A stretch of DNA of 64,000 nucleotides from a virus (Duplodnaviria; Caudoviricetes): the IMG/VR virus record IMGVR_UViG_3300014205_000175, positions 1 through 64,000 of that record. One strand, 5' to 3'. Position 1 is the stretch's first letter. Every line of letters starts with the position of its first letter. A model generated the notes under the pieces. It was not told the origin of the DNA, ran no database searches, and was given only the letters and a program-made list of their open reading frames with translations. Both the position numbers and the translations under genes were made by a program. Below, in pieces: positions 1-8,991 of this stretch.

Positions 1-717
1 ACTGCTACCAAACTCGCCACTGCACGTACAATTAACGGGGTGAGCTTCGATGGTAGTGCTAACGTCACGATCAACGCGGTAGATGCTACGGCACGTATCG
101 CGGCATCTGAAAAGGGTGCAGTCAACGGCGTTGCAACGCTAGATGCAGGCGGCAAAGTGCCTAGCGCGCAACTACCGGCTTTCGTTGACGATGTGCTCGA
201 ATATGTCAATCTAGCGGGTTTCCCTGCTACCGGTGAAACGGGTAAGATCTATGTAGCGCTCGATACGAACAAGACCTACCGTTGGTCTGGCACTGTTTAT
301 ATCTATATTACATCGGGTGCGGTCGATTCTGTCGCTGGTAAAACTGGTGTTGTAACGCTGGTTAAAGCCGATGTCGGATTGGGTAGCGTTGACAACACTG
401 CCGATAGTGCGAAAAACGTGTTGAGCGCCACCAAACTTACGACTGCGCGTACGATCGCCGGTGTATCGTTTAACGGTACGGCTAACATCGCCATTCCGTT
501 CTCGGGTATTTCGAGCCGTCCGACGACCATTGCTGGTTACGGCATTACTGACGCTGCGCCTTCGAGTCACGTAGGCAGTGGCGGTACTTCTCACGCCTTG
601 GCTACCACTGGCGCCAACGGTTTCATGTCGGCAGCCGATAAAGCCAAGCTAAATGCTATCGAAGCTGAAGCCACCAGTATCAGCATGGCGGCATTCATGT
701 TTATGAAGATGATGTAA
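1..717 (+). CDS. Tail fibre protein, C-terminal part (5' truncated by window)
   Basis: Frame is open from base 1 (TATKLATARTINGVSFDG). Repeated ATKLxTARTIxGVSFxGxAN motifs, VKADVGLGSVDNT and GFMSAADKAKL are typical of phage tail fibres. Confidence 0.8.
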   Translation, partial: TATKLATARTINGVSFDGSANVTINAVDATARIAASEKGAVNGVATLDAGGKVPSAQLPAFVDDVLEYVNLAGFPATGETGKIYVALDTNKTYRWSGTVYIYITSGAVDSVAGKTGVVTLVKADVGLGSVDNTADSAKNVLSATKLTTARTIAGVSFNGTANIAIPFSGISSRPTTIAGYGITDAAPSSHVGSGGTSHALATTGANGFMSAADKAKLNAIEAEATSISMAAFMFMKMM

Positions 718-723
718 CGGCAC

Positions 724-765
724 TACCCAGACACCAGAGGCCATTACGCCTCTGGTGTCTGGGTA
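724..765. terminator. Perfect 18-bp hairpin without U-tract
   Basis: TACCCAGACACCAGAGGC-CATTAC-GCCTCTGGTGTCTGGGTA directly after the stop codon. Confidence 0.6.
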
Positions 766-822
766 TCGCTGCTAGGAGTAATGACGAAAGATTACTATTG
801 ATCCAAGACCCATTTATCTTTA

Positions 823-831
823 ATCAAGTGG
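823..831 (+). promoter_or_regulatory. Candidate late promoter ATC-N3-TGR
   Basis: ATCAAGTGG, 29 nt before ATG 861. The same motif precedes many structural genes. Confidence 0.55.
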
Positions 832-860
832 TAGTCAAATATCTCATCAAGGAGAGCAGT

Positions 861-2942
861 ATGAGTCGTTCTATTTACGATCCGTCTATTAGCAACAATC
901 TCGGCCTCAAAGCCATTGTGCCAATCAAACTCGGTGGCACCGGTGCTACTAGCGCTGGTGTCGCTGATGACACACTTGACGTGCTGAGTGAAGAAGATCT
1001 CAACATCGCTCAAGGCGTACTTAGCATCGGTGCCGATGGTAAGATCGCTCTGGCACGAGTACCTACAGGTGTCAGCGGCGGTGCTATCACGATGAACGCG
1101 GACGGTGAGATCAGCGCGACTGTGATCCCTAGTGATGTTGGTAGCGGTGCTGTCGCCGTCGATGGTACCACTACCGCATATCTCGATCATGACAACCTCT
1201 ACACCATTAGCAACTATGATAGTTTTAATAGCTATACCGTTAGCGCTACTAACGGCACTGTAAGTCGTGCAGGTAGCATTATCACTTATCGTCCCTTGAC
1301 AGCAGGCTCAGGTGGGTTCACTGTCAACGGTAAAGTGTTCACTATCCCTGTGGCGGCTAGCGGCGTGGTTACCCCTGACATCACTTCCCCGGTTAATAAC
1401 GCTACTGAAATCTCGCAGCTACCTACTTTCACGTCGTCTGCATTTGGTTACATCGGTGGTGCACAGACGCAAGACCAGGTACGCTGGGAGGTTTCTGCAG
1501 CATCTAACTTCGCTACGCTCACCCAGTACTATGAAGGGACCTCGAACCTCACTAGCTGGACAGTACCTACAGAGCTTGTACAAGGCGGTCACTACTACGT
1601 GCGCGTCAAGCACCATAGCGTGCTGGGTGGATGGTCGGCATGGTCGGCTACAATCGCGTTTGACGTATATGTGTTCCAAGGCTGGGTGCGGAAATTTACT
1701 GCTACTACTAGTAGTGAAGATATCTACGGCGTTGCTACCGACAGTTCTAATAACGTCTATGTAGTCGGACGTTATGCTGTTTCCAGTGTTTACTATGCCT
1801 GGATTAGCAAGTGGACTCCTGAGGGTACGTTTGTATGGTCGCGACAAGTAATTACTCCAGGCGGCATCTATACTGATAGTTATAATGACATAACCATAGA
1901 CCGTTACGATAACATCTATGTTGTAGGGCAAAGCGGAGGTAGCTCTGGGGAACCAGGACTATCTAGATGGGCAACTGACGGTACTCTGGTGTGGCATCGC
2001 CGGATTCCTGATAGCGATATTTCGAATTTTTTAACTGTGCTAACGGATGCTGACGGCAATATCTATACCGCTGGCTCATGGCTCACTGTAGGGGTTCCCA
2101 ACACTGCTGGTTCCCTGTTAGTTAAATGGTCGCCTGCAGGCAACATTCTGTGGCAACGTGATTTTACATCTACCAATGAGAATCCTTTTATTAGTTTAAC
2201 TTTGAGCGAATCGGGTAACATTTATACTGTTGGCCAGTATAATGAACTAGAAGCTACTCTGATGTGCTGGGATAACGATGGCACTTTGCTTTGGAATAAA
2301 CGCTTAAATAACAGCGCCTATAGTAAAAAACCTAATTTCCTATCGGTAACTACAGATGCTGATGGCAACATTTATGCGGCAGGCAGTGAGGCAACTAGTA
2401 GTTATACCTATGGGTTACTCACATGCTGGTCTCCCGATGGAACCCTGCAATGGCAGCGAGTAACGAATTCTAGTAATTATAAATTCACCAAGGTTGTCGT
2501 GCAAGGTGACAAAATCTATGTTGCTGGCACTAATTTCCCTAGTGATTCTGCCGGTTTTATCTCTTGCTGGAGTCTCGACGGATTAACTGTGTATTGGAAA
2601 AGAATGCTCGATTGGAGCGCTGGTAAGATTCAGTTTAGCGGTATGAGTATTGACAGCAATCAAGATTTATATGTTGCTGGAACCCTTATTCCTACCAGTG
2701 GTTCCAATTACGACAGCATACTTACCAAAGTGCCTAAGGGAGGATCTATACCTTCTGGCGCGCTTACTGGTAGTGGTATGACTGCTATAAGTTGGGCAAT
2801 CAATATGGCTACAGTTACAGGTGGTTTAACATCCGTAGTATCGCCATCTTTGCCAGTTCCCGTCGCTACTACCTGTTCTGTTACAGCTCCCGAACCCACT
2901 ATCACAACACCTGCGCTAACTCAGTATTTTTCCGAGTACTGA
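861..2942 (+). CDS. Tail fibre / receptor-binding protein with Ig/FN3-like domain and C-terminal beta-propeller
   Basis: AGGAG precedes ATG 861. GGTGAT fibre motif, FN3-like YYVRVKHHS..WSAWS, about 7 repeats of D.DGNIY.AG...W..DG.L.W.R. Paralogue of 24634..26751. Confidence 0.75.
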   Translation: MSRSIYDPSISNNLGLKAIVPIKLGGTGATSAGVADDTLDVLSEEDLNIAQGVLSIGADGKIALARVPTGVSGGAITMNADGEISATVIPSDVGSGAVAVDGTTTAYLDHDNLYTISNYDSFNSYTVSATNGTVSRAGSIITYRPLTAGSGGFTVNGKVFTIPVAASGVVTPDITSPVNNATEISQLPTFTSSAFGYIGGAQTQDQVRWEVSAASNFATLTQYYEGTSNLTSWTVPTELVQGGHYYVRVKHHSVLGGWSAWSATIAFDVYVFQGWVRKFTATTSSEDIYGVATDSSNNVYVVGRYAVSSVYYAWISKWTPEGTFVWSRQVITPGGIYTDSYNDITIDRYDNIYVVGQSGGSSGEPGLSRWATDGTLVWHRRIPDSDISNFLTVLTDADGNIYTAGSWLTVGVPNTAGSLLVKWSPAGNILWQRDFTSTNENPFISLTLSESGNIYTVGQYNELEATLMCWDNDGTLLWNKRLNNSAYSKKPNFLSVTTDADGNIYAAGSEATSSYTYGLLTCWSPDGTLQWQRVTNSSNYKFTKVVVQGDKIYVAGTNFPSDSAGFISCWSLDGLTVYWKRMLDWSAGKIQFSGMSIDSNQDLYVAGTLIPTSGSNYDSILTKVPKGGSIPSGALTGSGMTAISWAINMATVTGGLTSVVSPSLPVPVATTCSVTAPEPTITTPALTQYFSEY

Positions 2943-2955
2943 TTACAGTATAATG

Positions 2956-2996
2956 ATCTCCACTCTGCCTCCCTGTGTGGGAGGCAGAGTGGAGAT
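2956..2996. terminator. 18-bp hairpin between convergent genes
   Basis: ATCTCCACTCTGCCTCCC-TGTGT-GGGAGGCAGAGTGGAGAT. Confidence 0.7.
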
Positions 2997-3005
2997 ATAC
3001 GTCAA

Positions 3006-4550
3006 TCAAAAACTAAACAACTCAGCGTTCGCACTATCGCCTTCACCAGTGCCCTCAGTAGCCTCTTTTAGCGATGACCAGCCGCTGTCTTCACCATTGA
3101 TGTCGTGCGGTATCGGCATGCCGTTCTTAGGGAACTTGTAAAGCATGTATTTTTTTTCGTCCGGTAGTATGGTTGGGACACGATGTTTACCCCGCTGCAT
3201 GCTCAGGTAGGTTTCCTTCTTATATTTGAAGATGTGCAGGTGTAGCTCCAGGTCCAACTCCTGACAAAGTTGTTTTGATCCCGACCAGTAGCCGCGTTCT
3301 GCGACCTCTTTGACGAACCTGTCTTCCGGAATGCCATTACGAATAAGTTGCTTGGCATCGGTAGAGAGCTGATGGGGTGTCACACAACAGATCCTTTTTG
3401 GAGAACAGAAATTACGCATTCGACGAATCATGTCACGCATATCAGTACCCATAGGACCAATAGTGCATCCCGTGGTCGGCACCATTGCCAGATAGTCCAG
3501 CATCAGCATATGGATCTCGTAGCCTTGCGCTTCGAGTTCGACGATCTTGTTGCAGATGTTTTTATACGTCCATTGCGACGGATCGACGCGCATCAGCTTG
3601 ATATGATAGCCGTTGATGCGTAGATTATCACGCACGTAAGTCGCCATCTCTTCGGTACCGATGTCTTTGAGGCGAACGGGCTCTTTGGTCTCATTGTACT
3701 TGAGGTACTGGTACATAAACTGCATGTTGAGGTTCAGATCATCCTCAAACGAGATGCGTAGCAGCAGTGGCTTCTTGTTAGGGTCGATCATCGCCGGGGT
3801 GTTAAAGAGCGCGATCTGTTCGAACAACGATAGCGTGAAACCGGTTTTGTACTTGTGCTGCAGTGCACCGATCATAACGAAGTCACCACGCCTGAAGCCC
3901 CCTTGCAGCATATCGTTCATACGCTGCCAGCCGGTTTTCATCACGCTGCTACCATCGGTGCTCGATTTAACATCGCTAAAGATCGACTGCATCGCTTTGT
4001 CGTCACCGACGTCGATGTCGGTCACGACCGCCGGGTCTTTGTGCGGACCGTTCATCTGCAAAGGCTCTAGCTGCGCAATGACGCTATTGATAAAGGCATT
4101 AGCATCCTGGATCTCGTGGCGGTTGTATTTGAACTTGTAGGCGGCTTTTTGCAGGATCTCTTCGATCTGTTTGGACTTGAAATAGTTGTTGATGGTCTTA
4201 CGGATATTGATGACGGTGCGTTTGCATGACGGCACATCGTATTCGGTCGAGATGCCTTGCTCTAGTGTTTCATATAAGTTGTCATCATAGCCGCAGTTAA
4301 GCTTCAGTCGCTGTAGTAATGACGGCAAATCGTATTCATGATCTTTCGGGTTGTTACACATCTCAGCTGCCGTCTCGCGCAGCGCTTTGAGAATGTCGCG
4401 ATCGGTGTTCATGCCGATGAAGCCCTCGGGTAGCGTGATCGATTCAAGTACGGTGCGTACGAGATCTGCGCTATTTTCCGACATGTCAGGAAGCTGGCTT
4501 TCGCGATATAGGAGCGTGATGGTTTTGACGAGAAGTAGTTTGCTGTCCAT
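3006..4550 (-). CDS. dnaB: DnaB-like replicative helicase (phiKZ gp118-like)
   Basis: KTGW..MN.MLQGGFRRG, variant Walker A GALQHKYKT, ISFED, Walker B LMLDYL, PHQLS, QRGKHR. Likely start MDSKLL at 4550. Divergent from the capsid operon. Confidence 0.85.
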   Translation of the reverse strand: MDSKLLLVKTITLLYRESQLPDMSENSADLVRTVLESITLPEGFIGMNTDRDILKALRETAAEMCNNPKDHEYDLPSLLQRLKLNCGYDDNLYETLEQGISTEYDVPSCKRTVINIRKTINNYFKSKQIEEILQKAAYKFKYNRHEIQDANAFINSVIAQLEPLQMNGPHKDPAVVTDIDVGDDKAMQSIFSDVKSSTDGSSVMKTGWQRMNDMLQGGFRRGDFVMIGALQHKYKTGFTLSLFEQIALFNTPAMIDPNKKPLLLRISFEDDLNLNMQFMYQYLKYNETKEPVRLKDIGTEEMATYVRDNLRINGYHIKLMRVDPSQWTYKNICNKIVELEAQGYEIHMLMLDYLAMVPTTGCTIGPMGTDMRDMIRRMRNFCSPKRICCVTPHQLSTDAKQLIRNGIPEDRFVKEVAERGYWSGSKQLCQELDLELHLHIFKYKKETYLSMQRGKHRVPTILPDEKKYMLYKFPKNGMPIPHDINGEDSGWSSLKEATEGTGEGDSANAELFSF

Positions 4551-4656
4551 GATAGTTTTTAGCCTGTTTAGATATTCGTTTTTGATCTGACCAATGGATA
4601 GGGTCCGCATTTAAATCTTTCACTACTATTAACACTATCGTCGCACTAATACTACA

Positions 4657-4665
4657 ATCATTTGG
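4657..4665 (+). promoter_or_regulatory. Candidate late promoter of capsid operon
   Basis: ATCATTTGG, 26 nt before ATG 4692. Confidence 0.5.
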
Positions 4666-4691
4666 AAACCACATTTGAGGGGCTAACTTCT

Positions 4692-5186
4692 ATGCAGCTG
4701 CCGTCGCCTTCCCTACCCAAAGCTATTTGGGTGCCGTACTGGTTGCAACCGGTACTCGCACTCAACAGTCTAGATACAACCGCATTACTGGATCTAGATA
4801 CGCTATCACGCTACCTGTCGCATGAAGACATACAAATTTTTCTGGCTGTTAACAATCTAGTGAGCGACGTTACACCTAACTTCTACGCTAGGGATGTACC
4901 CAAGCTTTATAAGGACGATTGCATCGAAAGGCTGACTCTAGCTAATGATGCTGACATTTCCGACACCACATACAGGATTCAACACCACGATCCTGAAGTG
5001 TTCTTAATCTATGTGGAGCCAGGTTTCATGAATACTCTCAGGATTAGAGCGAGAGCCCTAGCTTTCGTCTCAGAGTGCCTGAAGGTCCAATATAGCCTTA
5101 TACATATGTCCCATGTTTCGCAGGGACTATTATTCCAAAAATATCTCAATCTGCTGAACCCGAAAGTACCTTTCCTCAAATTCTAG
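4692..5186 (+). CDS. Hypothetical protein upstream of major capsid gene
   Basis: GAGGGG precedes ATG 4692. Fills the gap between helicase and capsid genes. Confidence 0.7.
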   Translation: MQLPSPSLPKAIWVPYWLQPVLALNSLDTTALLDLDTLSRYLSHEDIQIFLAVNNLVSDVTPNFYARDVPKLYKDDCIERLTLANDADISDTTYRIQHHDPEVFLIYVEPGFMNTLRIRARALAFVSECLKVQYSLIHMSHVSQGLLFQKYLNLLNPKVPFLKF

Positions 5187-5200
5187 GAGTTTTTCTCAAA

Positions 5201-7366
5201 ATGACCACTCTGTTCGGTTCCAAGATTGCGCAAAATGGCGCACACGGTGTTTCCAACCAACTCACCCATCTCGTCGAGCACATCTCCAACGTCGTGAATG
5301 GCAGCCAGATCGCTTCGGCTAGCGTTGCCCGTGCGGCGATTTCGACCGAGAGCCTGCGTGACGAAGAAGTGCGCTCGCTGCAAAGCTCGGTGGAAAACCT
5401 CTCGACCAGCCTCGAAGCGATCTCGCATACGCTGGGTCTGGAAAGTATCATGCAGGCTTCGCAGATCAACGCGGCTACGGTCGCCGGTCTCGTCGCTGCT
5501 GATGCCAATGCGTTCTTCGCTAACCGCGTCAAGCCCGCTGTGTCGACTGAGAACATGCAAGTTGTTCAGTACTCGGGCGCCGATGGTTTCGATGCTCGTC
5601 CGCTCGCATTGGAAGCCTACGACGAACGCGACAACCGTAACGCTGCCGTGTTCTCGATCGCTTACAACATGCAAGCATCGCGTCAGGATGAATTCGGTGA
5701 GACGCTGTTCCCGACGATCGTTGTCACGCCTGACCAAGTTGGTCTGTCGGTGACTGTGCGTCTGATGACGGTCTACAATGAGCTCTATCGCCAGATCTCC
5801 GGTGCGATCGATCAGTACGCGAAGAAGAACATCATTCGCGCTATCGCTGATCCGACGATCCTGAAGAACGAGATGACGCGTATCATCCCGGTGCATCGTG
5901 CTGAGTCCACCGACAAGTTCGTCGACGGCGCGATCGTTGCCCCGCGTACGATCAGTCTCGAAGGTGAAGACATCGTCACCGCTCCGCTGGCTGTGGGTAA
6001 GAAGCTAAGCCTGCTCGGTATCAGTCAAACGGACGCGCTGCTCCAGTCTGGCGTGATGGACGTGACCGACAGCATCGAGCCGTCGATCCAGCTGCAGTAC
6101 GTCTACGTGCAAGTCGGTACCGACGTACTGAAGTTCGATTGCAGCAACCTGCCGCTGTCTGAGTTCGTTGCCGCGACGCAGAACAACTACCGCGTCATGC
6201 AGCTGAACTTCGAAACCAGCAGCGTGCTGCTCAACAAGGACACGATCAACGCCGATGGTTCCGCTCTCGACGCTGCTGGTCCTCTCGCTTCGCTGGCCGC
6301 CAACGATCTGATCGTGCGTCTGAGCCTGAACCTCTCGGGTAGCGTCAACATCGAACTCGGCGACACGCAAGTGTTCGGCAACATGGTCGATGTGTTCTCG
6401 GTGCAGAACAACGCTGGCGAGACCGTGAGCCTGTCGGCTGCTCCGGCCAACGCTCTGGTGGCGGCTTTCGCTGCTGCAAAGGTTGTGGGTTATGAACTGA
6501 TCGCGTATCGTTCGAACCTGAACCGTCGTCAACGTGGTCAGCTAATCGACACGACGTACTACACGCAGGTCTACAACATCATGTTCCGTAGCCCGATCTC
6601 GGCTATCCATCCGGTTACCATGGATGGTCAGACCGATGCGAGCGACCTGCAAGCTCTCGTAACGGCTACCCGCATCCGTACGTCGAACGCCGCTGTGCGT
6701 GCGCTGATGGATGCTGCCAACACGCTGCGCGAGTATGTCGATGCGCGTGACTACGTTGGTGTCGGTCCGGATACGCTCGGTATGGGTCGCTTCTTCGTGC
6801 GTCCGACGTACTTCGAAGAGACCGTCGACATGAACGATATCGTCGACTCGGTGAAGTCGCACGAGCGTGCTGCCGACATCCAAGCAGCGCTGGTCAACAA
6901 GATCCGTGACTACGCGTATCGCATGTATCGTGATTCGGAATACAAGGCTGCTGCTGATGCGCTGGCAGGTGGCGTGGCTCCGGTCCCGACCGTTATCGTC
7001 GCTACCGATCCGGTGCTGGCTCGTTACCTGACGGTGACGGGTGATCTGCGCACTCTGGGTGGTGAATTCAACGTGCGTGTGGTCTCGACTCTGGATCGTC
7101 GTGTCGCTGGCAAGATCTTCCTGACTTTTGGTGTGTTCGACGAATCGCGCAACACCGCGCCGAACCCGCTGAACTTCGGCAACATGGGTTGGAGTCCTGA
7201 ACTGACCGTCGTGCTGCCGATCAGCCGTAATGGCCAGATCTCGAAGGAACTGTCGGTCGCACCGCGTTTCCGTCACATCATCAACCTGCCGTGTCTGTCG
7301 GTGCTGCAAGTGACCAACGTGCCGGATGTGACGAACAAAGTCGCTCTGCACTTCAAGACGGTCTAA
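5201..7366 (+). CDS. Major capsid protein (phiKZ gp120-like)
   Basis: 721 aa, strong RBS, strongly biased codons. ALEAYDE, YN..ASRQDEFGETLFPTIV and N.NRRQRG.LID motifs. Lies between the helicase and RNAP beta genes as in phiKZ. Confidence 0.9.
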   Translation: MTTLFGSKIAQNGAHGVSNQLTHLVEHISNVVNGSQIASASVARAAISTESLRDEEVRSLQSSVENLSTSLEAISHTLGLESIMQASQINAATVAGLVAADANAFFANRVKPAVSTENMQVVQYSGADGFDARPLALEAYDERDNRNAAVFSIAYNMQASRQDEFGETLFPTIVVTPDQVGLSVTVRLMTVYNELYRQISGAIDQYAKKNIIRAIADPTILKNEMTRIIPVHRAESTDKFVDGAIVAPRTISLEGEDIVTAPLAVGKKLSLLGISQTDALLQSGVMDVTDSIEPSIQLQYVYVQVGTDVLKFDCSNLPLSEFVAATQNNYRVMQLNFETSSVLLNKDTINADGSALDAAGPLASLAANDLIVRLSLNLSGSVNIELGDTQVFGNMVDVFSVQNNAGETVSLSAAPANALVAAFAAAKVVGYELIAYRSNLNRRQRGQLIDTTYYTQVYNIMFRSPISAIHPVTMDGQTDASDLQALVTATRIRTSNAAVRALMDAANTLREYVDARDYVGVGPDTLGMGRFFVRPTYFEETVDMNDIVDSVKSHERAADIQAALVNKIRDYAYRMYRDSEYKAAADALAGGVAPVPTVIVATDPVLARYLTVTGDLRTLGGEFNVRVVSTLDRRVAGKIFLTFGVFDESRNTAPNPLNFGNMGWSPELTVVLPISRNGQISKELSVAPRFRHIINLPCLSVLQVTNVPDVTNKVALHFKTV

Positions 7367-7387
7367 GCGTTAGTCTATCGCTACCGG

Positions 7388-7427
7388 AAATCGCTCCGAC
7401 GGGTTCACGCCCGTCGGGGTGGTTTTT
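7388..7427 (+). terminator. Rho-independent terminator of capsid gene
   Basis: AAATCGCTCCGACGGG-TTCACG-CCCGTCGGGGTGGTTT followed by Ts. Confidence 0.75.
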
Positions 7428-7438
7428 AAAAGTTCTTT

Positions 7439-7447
7439 ATCCTGTGA
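7439..7447 (+). promoter_or_regulatory. Orphan candidate late promoter
   Basis: ATCCTGTGA, identical to the motif before ruvC (22179), but with no downstream ORF. Confidence 0.5.
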
Positions 7448-7603
7448 GAGTCAATTAACGTGTAAAAATAGCAACAGAACATAGGCTAGATAGCGTTTAG
7501 AGCGCCGCTACGCCGTTGTTGGACTAAGAGCTAAGACTAATCCTACCCTTTTCCGCACCCTCCCTCACAGGCCTTTTTACGGGCCTGTGAGGGAGGGGTT
7601 TTT
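7446..7603 (+). ncRNA. Candidate structured small RNA (~155 nt)
   Basis: Lies between the promoter motif and a second terminator. No ATG on the + strand. Nested pairings AGCAAC/GTTGTT, GGC/GCC, TAGCG/CGCTA. Confidence 0.4.
7557..7603 (+). terminator. Rho-independent terminator
   Basis: CCCTCCCTCACAGGCCT-TTTTAC-GGGCCTGTGAGGGAGGG followed by a T-run. Confidence 0.75.
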
Positions 7604-7621
7604 CTGTTTGGGCTATGGACC

Positions 7622-7633
7622 CATATATAATAC
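7622..7633 (+). promoter_or_regulatory. Candidate early promoter CATATATAATAC
   Basis: Exact 12-mer also at 10653 and 40493, with a one-mismatch copy at 44668. Resembles the phiKZ early TATATTAC motif. Confidence 0.65.
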
Positions 7634-7684
7634 TTGGACCCTGCCAAGTTGGTAAGTCTGTAAATCTGTTTTGAAAAGGTGTGA

Positions 7685-8977
7685 GTGATGCTCAGAGATC
7701 TAGTTTCCATCTCGGCTCGAACGGCGATTGCCACGAGCTACATCACACTGTCGGGCTATAGTAACAACAATCGCATGTTACTGCAGTCGAGTCAGTCTAT
7801 CACGTCACCGTCGTCGGCACCTAGCGTCTATATGCAAGACATCTATAGACTAGCTGAGAACCGCATGGTGTTATGTCAATATGTATATAATCAAACCAAT
7901 AGGGATGTATCACTAATACTGAGAACTGGGGTGCGACAGATCGTACCTCCGACTCCAGGACATTATTCAGGTACGGTTATTATCCGTAACGTTTATATCA
8001 TTCATAAAAGCAATACTCCGACACTCGACAAGTTTTACTATGACTCACTGAAGGATTCGCACCAGGAGAACCAAGAACTCGTCTATGTACGAGACCAGTA
8101 CCTGGAGTTCAGAAAAGCCTCTCAACCCGATCACATGTGTGTCATGATCGATGCCGTCGTCGACGGGACATTACTGGAGGAGCATCGCAGCCTGTATGTG
8201 CATAATCGCGATATGGTGCTATCGATCGAAGCGGTCGATGTTGCCCCGCATCATCCTTTTGATGCTTTAGAAAGCAGTAAGGAGCGTAACGAACAGCTAT
8301 TAAAAGACCATATCGGCGCCGGTGTGGTAGTGGAATTCATTGACAATAGCGGGGGTACTCAGGAGCGTTATTTCCATGTAGGGAAACAGATTTATTCAGT
8401 GCGCTCACGACGTGACCCGACGCGTGCTGATGGTATCTATGTGTTTAAGACTTATGTCGATGCAGGAGGTCAACGACATACCTTATCGAACTATTACGAG
8501 CTTAATAAAGCCGAAGAGGAGCTCGGTTTATACACTAGCTTTGAGATGGCGGTGAGCGGTGGCGATATCAAAACATTACGTGAACAGGAGCTAGAAAAAC
8601 GCAAACACGAAAACCGGCTACTGCAAACCGAACTCGAACAGCTCAAAAGCCATAGTGAACAAGAGCTGCTCGCTATCAAACTCGATAATACGCGTCAAGA
8701 GGTAAATTTTAAAGAACGGGTTAATCAGCTAGACCAGAGTTTGAAAGAATCCGAACATGCGCGTAAAATGGCGCAAGAACGCTGGGATCTAGAGAAGCTC
8801 GATATGCAACGACGCCTCGAATACGATCGCAACCGTTACGCCAACCAAGACATGGAACGCAAGGATTATTATGAGAATCGATCCCATGTTCGCAAGGATT
8901 TTACCGAAGGATTGAAGCTCTGGCCTGTGTTACTAACAGCTGCGGTAGGTGCTATCGCATATGTAACTAAAAAATAG
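7685..8977 (+). CDS. Hypothetical protein with coiled coil and C-terminal hydrophobic anchor
   Basis: 430-aa ORF, start uncertain. E/K/R-rich coiled coil and terminal LWPVLLTAAVGAIAYV. Confidence 0.75.
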   Translation: MMLRDLVSISARTAIATSYITLSGYSNNNRMLLQSSQSITSPSSAPSVYMQDIYRLAENRMVLCQYVYNQTNRDVSLILRTGVRQIVPPTPGHYSGTVIIRNVYIIHKSNTPTLDKFYYDSLKDSHQENQELVYVRDQYLEFRKASQPDHMCVMIDAVVDGTLLEEHRSLYVHNRDMVLSIEAVDVAPHHPFDALESSKERNEQLLKDHIGAGVVVEFIDNSGGTQERYFHVGKQIYSVRSRRDPTRADGIYVFKTYVDAGGQRHTLSNYYELNKAEEELGLYTSFEMAVSGGDIKTLREQELEKRKHENRLLQTELEQLKSHSEQELLAIKLDNTRQEVNFKERVNQLDQSLKESEHARKMAQERWDLEKLDMQRRLEYDRNRYANQDMERKDYYENRSHVRKDFTEGLKLWPVLLTAAVGAIAYVTKK

Positions 8978-8991
8978 CAAGGAGATTTTTT

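Noticed and set aside
5183-7351. Long antisense ORFs over the capsid gene and other large genes
   Set aside because: These are shadow frames expected from strong codon bias, with no RBS or recognisable motifs.
7543-7734. 63-aa minus-strand ORF
   Set aside because: It crosses a terminator hairpin and a promoter motif and has no clear RBS.
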